From: Candidatus Omnitrophota bacterium
GTDB lineage: Bacteria; Omnitrophota; Gorgyraeia; Gygaellales; Profunditerraquicolaceae
NCBI GenBank assembly: GCA_003644385.1
Contig: QNCD01000001.1
Coordinates: forward strand, 598-64,597
DNA length: 64,000 nt
Direction of reading: 5' to 3'
The translations under genes were made by a program, and so were the position numbers. This document shows positions 54,650 to 63,994 of this stretch, piece after piece; within the stretch, counting starts at the first letter, position 1, and every line of letters starts with the position of its first letter. The notes beneath the pieces were generated by a model. That model was not told the DNA's origin. It saw nothing but the letters and a program-made list of their open reading frames with translations, and did not search any database.

Positions 54650-56200
54650 CTAATCTTTTTTCCGCCTCCATGCAATCTTAACCAGAATTGCTAATACAGC
54701 AAAAATCAAAACCAGAGCCAAGCGAGTTGCCAGGATAAAAACCCTATTTTCAGCTGAAACGCCTTTCATAAATATAATCGGCAGCCATTCCTGCCAAAAC
54801 CAGGTACCTAAAATTAAAAATAAAAATAAAGGAGTAATATATTTGATTATAAATTTATAAAAAACCGGTATGCGCATATCCGCGCCCTTATGTATCTCAT
54901 CCCAGGCCTTTTCCATGCCGAAAATCCAGGCAAAAAGTATGGTTTCAATCGTAGCAAAAACCACGAGAAAGAATGTTCCTCCCCAAAAATCCAATTCATC
55001 GACTACGCCGTTTTTCAGGAAAAATACCACTGCGTGGCACAATAAAAAGGTGACCGCGCCGAAAATAAATACCGCCTTTTTTCTGCCGATATCAAATTCA
55101 TCCTCCAGGAATGCGATTGCCGGCTGGGCCAGAGAAACCGAAGAAGTCACCCCTGCTAAAAATAAAAGGAAAAACCAGATAAAACTTAATACTTGCGCCC
55201 AGGGTAATTGATTTAAAACTAAAGGCATGGTCACAAAACCTAAGTTAAATACTCCGGACTGAGCAATAGACTGTATATTTTGCGGCCCGAAAAAAACAAA
55301 TGCAGCCGGAATAATGATACTGCCGCCTAGGATAACCTCTGCCATCTCGTTTGTGCTGGCAGCAGTAAGCCCTGATAATGCCACATCATCTCCCTTAGAA
55401 AGATAACTGGTATAAGTAAGGATTACTCCGATACCTACGCTTAAAGTAAAAAATATCTGGCCGGCAGCTTCCAACCAGACCTTTGCCGACTTTAAAGCAG
55501 AAAAATCGGGATTCCACAAGAAACCAAATCCATTAGAAATATTCCATGTAGGCCTGGTTGGATCCGGAGCACCAAGAGTTATCACTCTGAAAAATAAAAC
55601 TAAGCCGAAAATAAATAAAAGCGGCATGGCAATCTTACAAACCTTCTCTATACCTCCGCGAATACCGTAATAAATAACGCTGATATTTAAAATAAAGGTG
55701 AGCAGGAAAAATAGATAAGCACAACCCAAGCCTTTAAAATATTGATTACTTTCTATCCCCTGAAAACCCCTCAAGAAACTTTGCATTGTAGCCTGGTCGG
55801 CGAACCTGCTGTATTTGCCAACCAGATTAAAAAAACTATAAGCCAGCGCCCAGGATTCGATATAAGTGTAATATATAAATATTACTAGGGGCCCGAAAAT
55901 GCCAATTACCCCGAAATACTTGATAAAACGGTTCTTCTGCCAGAGGCTATGGAATATTCCCGGAGCAGTCCCATGTTCAAACCCTCCTCCGAAACGGCCC
56001 AAGGTCCATTCAATCCACATCAGCGGCAGGCCTAATAAAAAGAAAGAAACAAAATAAGGGATCATAAAAGCGCCTCCTCCATTTGAGGCCACTTTAGCGG
56101 GAAACCTTAAAAAATTCCCCAACCCCACCGCAGAGCCCGCCACTGCCATGATTATCCCTAAGCGCGAACCCCAGCTATCCCTTATTTTTAACTTTCCCAT
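54650..56200 (-). CDS. Sodium:neurotransmitter symporter (NSS/SNF) family transporter
   Basis: WGSRLGIIMAVAGSAVGLGNFLRFP... is the NSS TM1 signature. 12 TM segments. Confidence 0.8.
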   Translation of the reverse strand: MGKLKIRDSWGSRLGIIMAVAGSAVGLGNFLRFPAKVASNGGGAFMIPYFVSFFLLGLPLMWIEWTLGRFGGGFEHGTAPGIFHSLWQKNRFIKYFGVIGIFGPLVIFIYYTYIESWALAYSFFNLVGKYSRFADQATMQSFLRGFQGIESNQYFKGLGCAYLFFLLTFILNISVIYYGIRGGIEKVCKIAMPLLFIFGLVLFFRVITLGAPDPTRPTWNISNGFGFLWNPDFSALKSAKVWLEAAGQIFFTLSVGIGVILTYTSYLSKGDDVALSGLTAASTNEMAEVILGGSIIIPAAFVFFGPQNIQSIAQSGVFNLGFVTMPLVLNQLPWAQVLSFIWFFLLFLAGVTSSVSLAQPAIAFLEDEFDIGRKKAVFIFGAVTFLLCHAVVFFLKNGVVDELDFWGGTFFLVVFATIETILFAWIFGMEKAWDEIHKGADMRIPVFYKFIIKYITPLFLFLILGTWFWQEWLPIIFMKGVSAENRVFILATRLALVLIFAVLAILVKIAWRRKKD

Positions 56201-56657
56201 AAAATAATTTCTCTGTCCTTTCTAAGCCCTTTGTCACTTCTGGGCTTAATTGCTCTCCGAAATCGATTGTTTTTGGCTGAATAATTAAAATTATTATATC
56301 CGTACTTAAATTACTTTTCAAGTAATTTATCAAAAGTGTTATCGAGGAATTATGGGTAAAAAATAAATTAGTAGTCTCTAAATCTTTACCATCAAATATT
56401 CTGATTTCACCGGGCTTACCCCCAAAATCCAGCGCATCCACAAGTAATATTGTGTCAGGCTCCTCCCTGATAATCTTCTCTAAATAATTTTCCGGGGTTT
56501 GCCCGACATTAAAAACAGAAAAGGGGACTTTATCCTTTATGCGCTCAGCCAGAATCGGCCCCACTCCGTCATCAGAACGCATAGTGTTACCTATGCCTAC
56601 GACTACTACTTTGCCTTTTAAGCGTGAATTTAAATCCATTTCTATAGCTCTAATCAA
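56175..56657 (-). CDS. Hydrogenase-maturation-type endopeptidase (HybD/HycI family, peptidase A31)
   Basis: VVVVGIGNTMRSDDGVGP, DALDFG and THN blocks correspond to the GIGN...DDG / D / H metal ligands of HybD. Confidence 0.65.
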   Translation of the reverse strand: MIRAIEMDLNSRLKGKVVVVGIGNTMRSDDGVGPILAERIKDKVPFSVFNVGQTPENYLEKIIREEPDTILLVDALDFGGKPGEIRIFDGKDLETTNLFFTHNSSITLLINYLKSNLSTDIIILIIQPKTIDFGEQLSPEVTKGLERTEKLFYGKVKNKG

Positions 56658-56671
56658 ATTTTAAACTTCTC

Positions 56672-57328
56672 TTATAGGGGTATGCCCAAATCTTTAACTA
56701 CTACCTTACCGCAGTATTTTGGACCATTAGCTACTGTCATACCCCGCTTTATTGCTACGAAGGTTACGGTCTTATCTGCCCTTACGCAACAACCCAAAAC
56801 TTTACCATTATTAGCGTCCAGCCCCGAAGGTATATCCACAGAAAGCACAGGCACTTTTAAGGAATTAACCATCGGGATAATTTCGCGAAAAAGCCCCCTT
56901 ACCTCTCCAGATAATCCTATACCCAAAAGCGCGTCAATAATCAAAGGGTATTTTAAAATTATATTCTTTACTTTCTTCCAATCACCTTCCTTCACCTCTA
57001 TTATCTTTTGTTTCAATTTTAAAAGAATATCTAAGTTTACCTTGGCTTCGTTTTTCACCTCTTGCTTCTTTCCTGCTAAAAAAATAAGCGGCTTTATCCC
57101 TTTAACTAAAAGATGCCGGGCGGCGGCAAAACCATCCCCTGCGTTATTGCCTTTTCCGCAAAATATTGCTACCTTTTTGTCTTTAGCGAGCATTTTCACT
57201 GCTTCCTCGGCAATTTGCCTGGCAGCATTCTCCATTAGTAAAAGGCCGGATATTCCAAACGCTTGCTGGGCCTTTATGTCAATTTCTTTAGCTTTTTGGG
57301 AAGTAATTACCTTAGAATTTCTTACCAT
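56672..57328 (-). CDS. NAD(P)H-hydrate epimerase (YjeF N-terminal domain only)
   Basis: MENAARQIA...KVAIFCGKGNNAGDGFAAARHL...VDIPSG. Confidence 0.75.
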   Translation of the reverse strand: MVRNSKVITSQKAKEIDIKAQQAFGISGLLLMENAARQIAEEAVKMLAKDKKVAIFCGKGNNAGDGFAAARHLLVKGIKPLIFLAGKKQEVKNEAKVNLDILLKLKQKIIEVKEGDWKKVKNIILKYPLIIDALLGIGLSGEVRGLFREIIPMVNSLKVPVLSVDIPSGLDANNGKVLGCCVRADKTVTFVAIKRGMTVANGPKYCGKVVVKDLGIPL

Positions 57329-57617
57329 GGCGGTAAGGACGGGTCTTATTAAATTCTATTTTTTTAAGCAGAGAACCCTCCAAATCAATGTTTCTTGCTC
57401 CACAATAGTCAAAAATTCTTATGCAGCAATCGGCTAATTCTTCGGCAATAGCGCTTTTTTTGGCGTGATTACGCATTGCCTCTAAGGCCTCGGACAATTC
57501 AGAGTGCATCAGGGCAATAAGCTCGCCTTCGTTTCGCTCCTCTTGCCACCAGCCTTTTTCTTTTGCAATAGCGTGGCATTCTTTAATATAATTTTTTATC
57601 CCCCATTTATCAGACAT
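57312..57617 (-). CDS. Small MazG-like nucleotide pyrophosphohydrolase
   Basis: 101 aa all-alpha protein with an E-x2-E-x12-17-E-x2-D-like pattern (HSELSEALEA...EELADCCIRIFDY). Confidence 0.55.
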   Translation of the reverse strand: MSDKWGIKNYIKECHAIAKEKGWWQEERNEGELIALMHSELSEALEAMRNHAKKSAIAEELADCCIRIFDYCGARNIDLEGSLLKKIEFNKTRPYRHGKKF

Positions 57618-57634
57618 TTAATCTCTCCTTAAGA

Positions 57635-58051
57635 TTACTGGTTAATATTTTCTTCTAACCTGGAAAACAATTTATCCGAGATTAATTCCCTGGCATAAGT
57701 ACTCGGCGAAGATACCTCTATACGCGTCTTATTCTTATCCTCCTCTGTGAAAAATATCCCCACTGGAGTTGTATCTTCTTCGGAAACGTAAACAGCAACT
57801 AATTTCTTTTCTGCGTCTTTAGCATAAACATAGGCCTTTATATCTTTTAAGATAGCTAAGGTTTTTCCGTAGCACTGTGAGTAGTCATAATTGAAGACTT
57901 TCACTATCGCAGTTTCCTTGTTATCTTCTAAAATACGGGTTGAAACTCCGTAAAAACGCTTAGCCACTTCGCTTAAAGCTGCACAGCCGCACATAAAAAA
58001 AAGGCAAAAAAATAACATGAGCCGAATACCGCTATATTTAATAATTTTCAT
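57635..58051 (-). CDS. Hypothetical lipoprotein
   Basis: Lipobox FFMCGC. No family recognised. Confidence 0.4.
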   Translation of the reverse strand: MKIIKYSGIRLMLFFCLFFMCGCAALSEVAKRFYGVSTRILEDNKETAIVKVFNYDYSQCYGKTLAILKDIKAYVYAKDAEKKLVAVYVSEEDTTPVGIFFTEEDKNKTRIEVSSPSTYARELISDKLFSRLEENINQ

Positions 58052-58063
58052 ATTCTCACCTCT

Positions 58064-60070
58064 TTATTCGTTTATAATCTGCCGTATTTTATCAAGGTTT
58101 TTGCGCGTTTCTTCTTCTCCTCTTTTAGCGAAATCTTCTGCGCGGTGTAATTCCAGCCAATGTATGCCTCTTAATCCCGGATGTAATACAATGTCGGCTA
58201 ATTGCGCTTCTTTCTTAATCATCTCTGACTGCATAACTTCGATACTGCTGAATATTATACTCAGAATATTTGTTTTAAGCTTACTTTGTAAATAACGCTT
58301 TAAACTAAAAATACTCTTTTTCTTTGTTTTTTCCTCGATAATATCTTTCTTCAACTTTTGGCGTTCACGTAATATATCTTCCCGTGAAGGAGTAACATTT
58401 ACCGCGATGATTTTTCTTGCGCCCATTTTAAATAAAGCCTCCGTAGGAAGCGGGTTAATCACTCCGCCGTCCATAAGCATACCTTCCTGTGCTATAAAAG
58501 GCGCGAATACCCCGGGCATGGAACAACTTGCCATAATCGCATCGCTAAGCAGCCCCTTATCCATGATTTTTGGTTGCTTATGCTTTACGTCCGCGGCGAT
58601 AATCTTTAAAGGAAGTTTGACATCGTGAAATGTTTTACTACCCAAATGTTTTTTAAAGAAAGTGTGCAGCTTCTTACCTTTAAAAAAACCTAGCAAAGGA
58701 AAGGTCCAATCCATTAAGCTCCACATATATTTGGGCTCTTTGAATTCCCTGGTAATTTCTAATATCTCCTGACTGTTCTTGCCTATAGCCCAAAGGCAGG
58801 CAATAAGCGCACCGATGCTGGAGCCGGAAATTACATCAATGGGAATTTTTTCTTCTTCAATAACCTTCAGGACTCCGATATGGCATAAACCGTAGGCAAA
58901 ACCTACCCCTAAAGCCAGACCCACCAGACACTCTCCTATTTGACGGGCAATCCTCCTAATTACCTTGGCATATTCACAATCAGGTTCGTCTAAAACTATC
59001 CTGTCAGCGGCGCCAAATTCTATTTTCGGCAAAGTGGCGAATATAGGATGATTCAATATTGCAAGCTGCTCCTGGCTAGTTAAATCCGCTGACTTATATT
59101 CATTAATAAGTATGCTTATTTTTGCCTTTTCAAACTTAAACCTTCTTTTTAACCTCTCGATTAAATTACAAGTCCTTTTTAAATCCACGGGTTCAGGGCT
59201 AGTCAATATATGGATAAGGTCTGACTGGTTGAGCATATTAAAAACATTACGCTCCATTAAAGAAGGCAAATCCAAAACTATATAGTGGTAATCATTGACT
59301 AAATGGGTTATAATTTCTACTAATTTTCTCACCGAAGTTTCATCTTCGGGTTTATAGCAAAGGCAGACCAAATCCAGGCCGAATTTACTTTTCAACACAA
59401 ATTCGCTCGCCCCGGAGAAATGCGCTGAATTATCTGAAAGATTAAAAATAGAATATTCGCCGTTAAAGCCTAATTTGTTAAAAAGGCTGTGCTGGCTGTC
59501 AGCCGGACAAATGTCCAATATGATTGTCGATTTATGCGTTTCTTTATAAAGGCTTAGGCTCAAATTTAAAGAGTATATGGATTTTCCGGCCTGGGAATAG
59601 GAACTAAAAACAGAAATTACCGTAGATTCAAAAATCGTTTTTTGATGTAACCCCTTGTTTTTTAAGCGGCGGGATAAAGTCCGGCTTAAATCAATTGCCA
59701 GGCGCGGAATTCTTTTTAAAATAATATCAAAGTTTTCTTTGCTAATAACCAAAAGCAGGCAATCGTTTAAAGCCCTGGCGGTTACAGAATGTGATTCGCC
59801 GGTAAGCAAAGATATAATTCCAAAATACTTTCCGCGGTGCAGATATTCTACTATTGTCTCATTTCCCTGTTTATCTCTGGTAAAAACAACCACTCTACCC
59901 AGGATAACGCAAAAAAATGCGTTGGCAGGCGAGTTTTCTTCGTAAATAACCTGGCCCTTTTTAAATTCTAAAAATGCGCTCTTCTGCTTGATTAAATTCT
60001 GTTCCTGGCGGGACAAATCTGCAAATAAGGGGATTTCCTTTAATATTGAATTTTTATTGACTAATTCCAT
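58064..60070 (-). CDS. Cyclic-nucleotide-binding domain / degenerate ParA-MinD-like domain / patatin-like phospholipase fusion protein
   Basis: N-terminal cNMP_binding (FFCVILGRVVVF...GKYFGIISLLTGESHSVTARAL). Middle deviant Walker A SSYSQAGKS with hhhhD (IVLDLPS). C-terminal patatin GxSxG (GSSIG), oxyanion GLALGVGFAYG and a DGG motif. Confidence 0.75.
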   Translation of the reverse strand: MELVNKNSILKEIPLFADLSRQEQNLIKQKSAFLEFKKGQVIYEENSPANAFFCVILGRVVVFTRDKQGNETIVEYLHRGKYFGIISLLTGESHSVTARALNDCLLLVISKENFDIILKRIPRLAIDLSRTLSRRLKNKGLHQKTIFESTVISVFSSYSQAGKSIYSLNLSLSLYKETHKSTIILDICPADSQHSLFNKLGFNGEYSIFNLSDNSAHFSGASEFVLKSKFGLDLVCLCYKPEDETSVRKLVEIITHLVNDYHYIVLDLPSLMERNVFNMLNQSDLIHILTSPEPVDLKRTCNLIERLKRRFKFEKAKISILINEYKSADLTSQEQLAILNHPIFATLPKIEFGAADRIVLDEPDCEYAKVIRRIARQIGECLVGLALGVGFAYGLCHIGVLKVIEEEKIPIDVISGSSIGALIACLWAIGKNSQEILEITREFKEPKYMWSLMDWTFPLLGFFKGKKLHTFFKKHLGSKTFHDVKLPLKIIAADVKHKQPKIMDKGLLSDAIMASCSMPGVFAPFIAQEGMLMDGGVINPLPTEALFKMGARKIIAVNVTPSREDILRERQKLKKDIIEEKTKKKSIFSLKRYLQSKLKTNILSIIFSSIEVMQSEMIKKEAQLADIVLHPGLRGIHWLELHRAEDFAKRGEEETRKNLDKIRQIINE

Positions 60071-60146
60071 TTAAGCAAAGCTTATTTCAGGCAAGATAAT
60101 CCTTAGAAAACGGCTAAAATCATTTATATTATTATAACACTTATTT

Positions 60147-61367
60147 CTAAATAAGTTTATTGCTTTTACAAACTTCTGCGTAACGCCTGGCGCTGTCTCT
60201 TACTGTGCGTCTAAAATTACTGTAATCTACTTCAATAAGCCCGAATCGCGGAGTAAAACCTTTATCCCATTCGAAATTGTCCAAAAGAGACCAGTAAATA
60301 TATCCCAGGACTCTAACACCTTTCTTAATCGCCAGATTTAAGCTCTCTAAATGCTCTCTGATGAAACCCCACCTTAAATTATCATCTTCGGTGCAAATAC
60401 CGTTTTCCATAATAAATACCGGAAGTTTATATTTTTTTAATTTTATGAGCAGGGTAAATAAACCTTCGGGATATATATCCCAGCCCAAAAAATTCTTAGG
60501 CAACTTGCTATGTCCGTGCCTACAAACATCCATTAGAAGATTTTTAAAACGCCATTTTTCTACATCTACGAGGCTGCGGTTATAATAATTGATTCCTATA
60601 AAATCTAAAGACCTATGCCTTATTAAATTTTCTACTAAAGAAAAGTTGTAAATCCTGTCTCTTAAATAGGTGGCTAATATATTTTTTAAATTATGGCTGC
60701 AGGGGACAAACGCCTGCATATTATGAGCGATACTGACCGAAGGCTCAATTAAATTATTTCTTTTATAAATATCATGAATAAGCCTATAAGCTTTAATATG
60801 GCAGGATATTAAATTTTTTTCTACCTGTCTTGCCGCGGGAAAAGACATAACCTGGGGCGGCCATTGTCCTAATATATATGAAAAATATATATAAACAATC
60901 GGCTCGTTTATAGTTACCCAAAAACGCACATTTCTACTCAAAGCGATAATAACCTTTTCTATATAGCGCAAAAATAAAGCTACCCCCTTTTTGCTCTGCC
61001 AACCTCCAAGTTGAGCAAACCAAACAGGAGTGGTAAAGTGGTGCAGCGTTACAATAGGTTCAAGCCTACGTTCCTTTAGGGCCTTAATAACCTCTATATA
61101 ATGTTCTAGTTCTTCTTCGCAAAATTGGCCTTCTTGGGGTTCTATACGGCTCCATTCAATGGATAAACGGTGGGCATTATGGCTTAAAGATCGGGCAAGG
61201 TCAAAATCTTCTTTAAAAAGCTGGTAATGGCGGCAGGCTTCACCAGAAACCTCCTCTAACCCAACACTCTTCTCCCACTGCCACCAGTCGCTGTTGGTAT
61301 TATTTCCTTCAACCTGATAAGCAGAAGTAGCTGCACCCCAATAGAAATCTTTAGGAAATTCGAGCAT
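60147..61367 (-). CDS. GH1 beta-glucosidase
   Basis: FYWGAATSAYQVEG, TINEP (acid/base) and IMENG (nucleophile) motifs. No signal peptide. Confidence 0.85.
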   Translation of the reverse strand: MLEFPKDFYWGAATSAYQVEGNNTNSDWWQWEKSVGLEEVSGEACRHYQLFKEDFDLARSLSHNAHRLSIEWSRIEPQEGQFCEEELEHYIEVIKALKERRLEPIVTLHHFTTPVWFAQLGGWQSKKGVALFLRYIEKVIIALSRNVRFWVTINEPIVYIYFSYILGQWPPQVMSFPAARQVEKNLISCHIKAYRLIHDIYKRNNLIEPSVSIAHNMQAFVPCSHNLKNILATYLRDRIYNFSLVENLIRHRSLDFIGINYYNRSLVDVEKWRFKNLLMDVCRHGHSKLPKNFLGWDIYPEGLFTLLIKLKKYKLPVFIMENGICTEDDNLRWGFIREHLESLNLAIKKGVRVLGYIYWSLLDNFEWDKGFTPRFGLIEVDYSNFRRTVRDSARRYAEVCKSNKLI

Positions 61368-61454
61368 AATTTTAGGTTATTATAACACCTAAATAAAAAA
61401 ATCCCAACAAAATGTTGGGATCAAGTTTAAAATAAAAAACATCCAAGCCGGATT

Positions 61455-61880
61455 TTATTGTTTAGGCAGGTATTTGCTTAATGCAGAAGTGGTCTGCGGA
61501 CCAACCTTACCATCGACTTTGAGGTTATTGGCTTTCTGAAAATCCTGGACAGCCTTTTTTGTCATCGGTCCGATTTTACCGTCAATTTTACCGTGGTAGT
61601 AACCTGCTTTTTTTAAAGCCTTCTGGATCTGCCTGTTTGTAAGGATAGGCGGCTTGGCAGAAACAGCTGTTTTGGGCTTTAACTCTGCTTCAGATGCAGG
61701 GGCCGATAAAGATTCTTGCTCTTCTTCTGCCAAAGGTAAATTGTTATCAATTAAGCGTTCCAATTCACTCATGGAAACAGGCCCCTCAGGCTGCTCTATG
61801 CGACGCCTTTTGCTTAAGTTAATTAAAATAATAATAAGCAGCAAACCTAAAACTATAAATATGTATTTTTTTGTAGTCAT
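61455..61880 (-). CDS. Membrane-anchored peptidoglycan-binding (PG_binding_1) domain protein
   Basis: N-terminal TM segment, and a C-terminal IQKALKKAGYYHGKIDGKIGPMTKKAVQDFQKANNLKVDGKVGPQT block. Confidence 0.65.
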   Translation of the reverse strand: MTTKKYIFIVLGLLLIIILINLSKRRRIEQPEGPVSMSELERLIDNNLPLAEEEQESLSAPASEAELKPKTAVSAKPPILTNRQIQKALKKAGYYHGKIDGKIGPMTKKAVQDFQKANNLKVDGKVGPQTTSALSKYLPKQ

Positions 61881-61886
61881 AGTATT

Positions 61887-63083
61887 TTACAAATTCTTGA
61901 TCTTAGGATAAAACAGGTTAAGGCTAAGAAAAAATATAGCACAGATTATTCCGTTTATCAATAGCGCCTGTGATACCCCAAAAACCTGCGCCAAGCTTCC
62001 GGCAAGCAGATTGCCAAAAGGCATGAAGCCGGCAAAAGTAAACATAAATACGCTCATTACCCTGCCTCTGATTTCATCAGTAACAATGCCCTGTAAGATG
62101 GTATTTATCAGTGACACTGCGGTAACGCTACTTGCGCCTATAAATGCCAAACTGATAAAGGAAAAAGCATAATTCCTAGACAAAGAAAGCAAAATTAATG
62201 AAAAGGCGAATATGACCATCGAAATTCCCAGGAGCTTGCCCTTGAATTTAAAATCACCGAGGCCGGCTAAGATCAAAGCTCCTACAACCGCTCCTACCCC
62301 TGAAAAAGACATCAGATATCCTAGGCCGCTTATACCCACTTTCAATATATTATCCGCAAAAACCGGCATTAATATTATATAAGGGATGCCGAATAAGCTG
62401 GAAACCGCAACCATAGACATTAATATTAATATCTGGCGGTTATTTTTTACCGCCGAGAGCCCTTCACACAAGTCCTTTAGAGGGCCGTGGTTTTTATTGT
62501 TTAAGGGATTACCGTTGATCTGAATCAGCGCCAGTGCAATGATCATTGCGGTAAAACTGAAGGCATTTACATAAAAACACCCGCTCATCCCGATAACCGC
62601 CACCAGAATTCCCGCCAATACCGGCCCGATTATCCGGCTGGAATTAAAAGCCACGGAATTTAAAGCTATGGCGTTGAGTAGATTTTTTTTATCGACCAGG
62701 TTGACTACCACTGCCTGACGAGAAGGGGCATCAAAAGCCATGATTATCCCGTTTAATACCGCGATGAACATTATCTGCAGCGGCGTGATTAATCCCCTTT
62801 GGGTCAAAAAAGCCAGCACAAAAGCCATGAGCATAAAAGAAACTTGCGTAACCATAAGGATGACTTTACGGTTAGCCCTATCCGCCATTACTCCTCCGAA
62901 AAGTGAAAGAAAGAAAACCGGTATATGAGTCAGAAAACCTACCAATCCCAGCAAAAATTCGGATTTTGTCAACTGGAACACCAACCAGCTTTGGGCTACT
63001 ATCTGGATCCAGGTGCCGATAAGGGAAATAAACATTCCCAACCAATAGATTCTGAAAGCTTTTAATTTTAGCGAAGAAAACAT
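61887..63083 (-). CDS. MFS transporter
   Basis: 12 TM segments and a GVMADRANRK loop motif. Confidence 0.7.
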   Translation of the reverse strand: MFSSLKLKAFRIYWLGMFISLIGTWIQIVAQSWLVFQLTKSEFLLGLVGFLTHIPVFFLSLFGGVMADRANRKVILMVTQVSFMLMAFVLAFLTQRGLITPLQIMFIAVLNGIIMAFDAPSRQAVVVNLVDKKNLLNAIALNSVAFNSSRIIGPVLAGILVAVIGMSGCFYVNAFSFTAMIIALALIQINGNPLNNKNHGPLKDLCEGLSAVKNNRQILILMSMVAVSSLFGIPYIILMPVFADNILKVGISGLGYLMSFSGVGAVVGALILAGLGDFKFKGKLLGISMVIFAFSLILLSLSRNYAFSFISLAFIGASSVTAVSLINTILQGIVTDEIRGRVMSVFMFTFAGFMPFGNLLAGSLAQVFGVSQALLINGIICAIFFLSLNLFYPKIKNL

Positions 63084-63104
63084 AATATTTTTTAGGTAAG
63101 CTGA

Positions 63105-63704
63105 CTAAGATTCCAAGATTACCTGACGCCTGCAGCGCGGGCAGAGAATTTTTATGCGGTCAGCACGCTTAAATTCATTTTCTTTTCTTGGCGGGAAGTC
63201 TTCCTTTGGGGATAAACCTAAATTCCTTAAATAAAAGAGCATGAGCGAGGGATTAGAGAAACAAAGGGGCCCGAGTTTCTTGGCTACCCATAAGATCTGA
63301 TCCCGCGGCGCAATTACTTCGCCGCAGCATTCGCAACGTATCAGCTCTTTTTCGATAGTCTGCTTCAAGTCCTCTCTTTTACCGGTGGTAGCCAAGTCAA
63401 ACTCATTGGATAACATGATACCTTTTGCGGTAAGGCAATTTGCCTGACACTGCCCGCAAAAAATACACATATCCCAATGTACGGTTAAAACTCTTTTACC
63501 GTCCTGCTCAACCATTTCTATGGCTTTTGCGGGACAAACCTGAAAACAGGCACCGCAGCCGGTACAGTCTTCTTCATGAAACTCCGGGCGTCCCCTGAAT
63601 CTTTCGAATGGCTTATGAGGCTGGAAAGGAAACTTAGAGGTATAAGGCCCCTTGATTAATGCCGCAATTGCTTCTTTTAATTCGCGAAGTTTAGGTTTTT
63701 TCAT
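63105..63704 (-). CDS. 4Fe-4S dicluster ferredoxin-domain protein with C-terminal Cys-rich extension (NuoI/HycF-like)
   Basis: CTGCGACFQVCP and CIFCGQCQANC motifs, plus C-terminal CECCG...CPRCRR. Confidence 0.6.
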   Translation of the reverse strand: MKKPKLRELKEAIAALIKGPYTSKFPFQPHKPFERFRGRPEFHEEDCTGCGACFQVCPAKAIEMVEQDGKRVLTVHWDMCIFCGQCQANCLTAKGIMLSNEFDLATTGKREDLKQTIEKELIRCECCGEVIAPRDQILWVAKKLGPLCFSNPSLMLFYLRNLGLSPKEDFPPRKENEFKRADRIKILCPRCRRQVILES

Positions 63705-63994
63705 TTTTTCTCTTTGGCGTATTCATCGCAAACCGATTCTTTACAAAGCCCTACTCCCATTTTGTGCGCGCTGCGGGAGAGCGCATGTGCAGCTACGGGA
63801 GCAGTTAAGATTAAAAATAAAATGCCTAAAAGGGCTTTTATTCCCGCGGCTGTGAAACCCTTAAATAAAAATAATCCGAAGAGTATACTGCATGTCCCCA
63901 AAGTCACGCTTTTTGTGGAAGCCTGAAGCCGGTTATAGACATCCGGCAGGCGCACCAGGCCCAGGCACCCGAAAAAATCAAAGAATAAACCCAC
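63701..63994 (-). CDS. Mrp/Mnh antiporter subunit G-like membrane protein (may extend beyond the window)
   Basis: LGLVRLPDVYNRLQASTKSVTLG matches the MnhG/PhaG signature (RLPDVYTRLHAATK..TLG). Confidence 0.5.
   Translation of the reverse strand: MGLFFDFFGCLGLVRLPDVYNRLQASTKSVTLGTCSILFGLFLFKGFTAAGIKALLGILFLILTAPVAAHALSRSAHKMGVGLCKESVCDEYAKEKK

Noticed and set aside
56682-57437. 251-aa plus-strand ORF
   Set aside because: It is entirely antisense to the well-supported YjeF_N and MazG-like genes. Its composition is low-complexity Ser/Phe/Lys-rich, typical of shadow ORFs.
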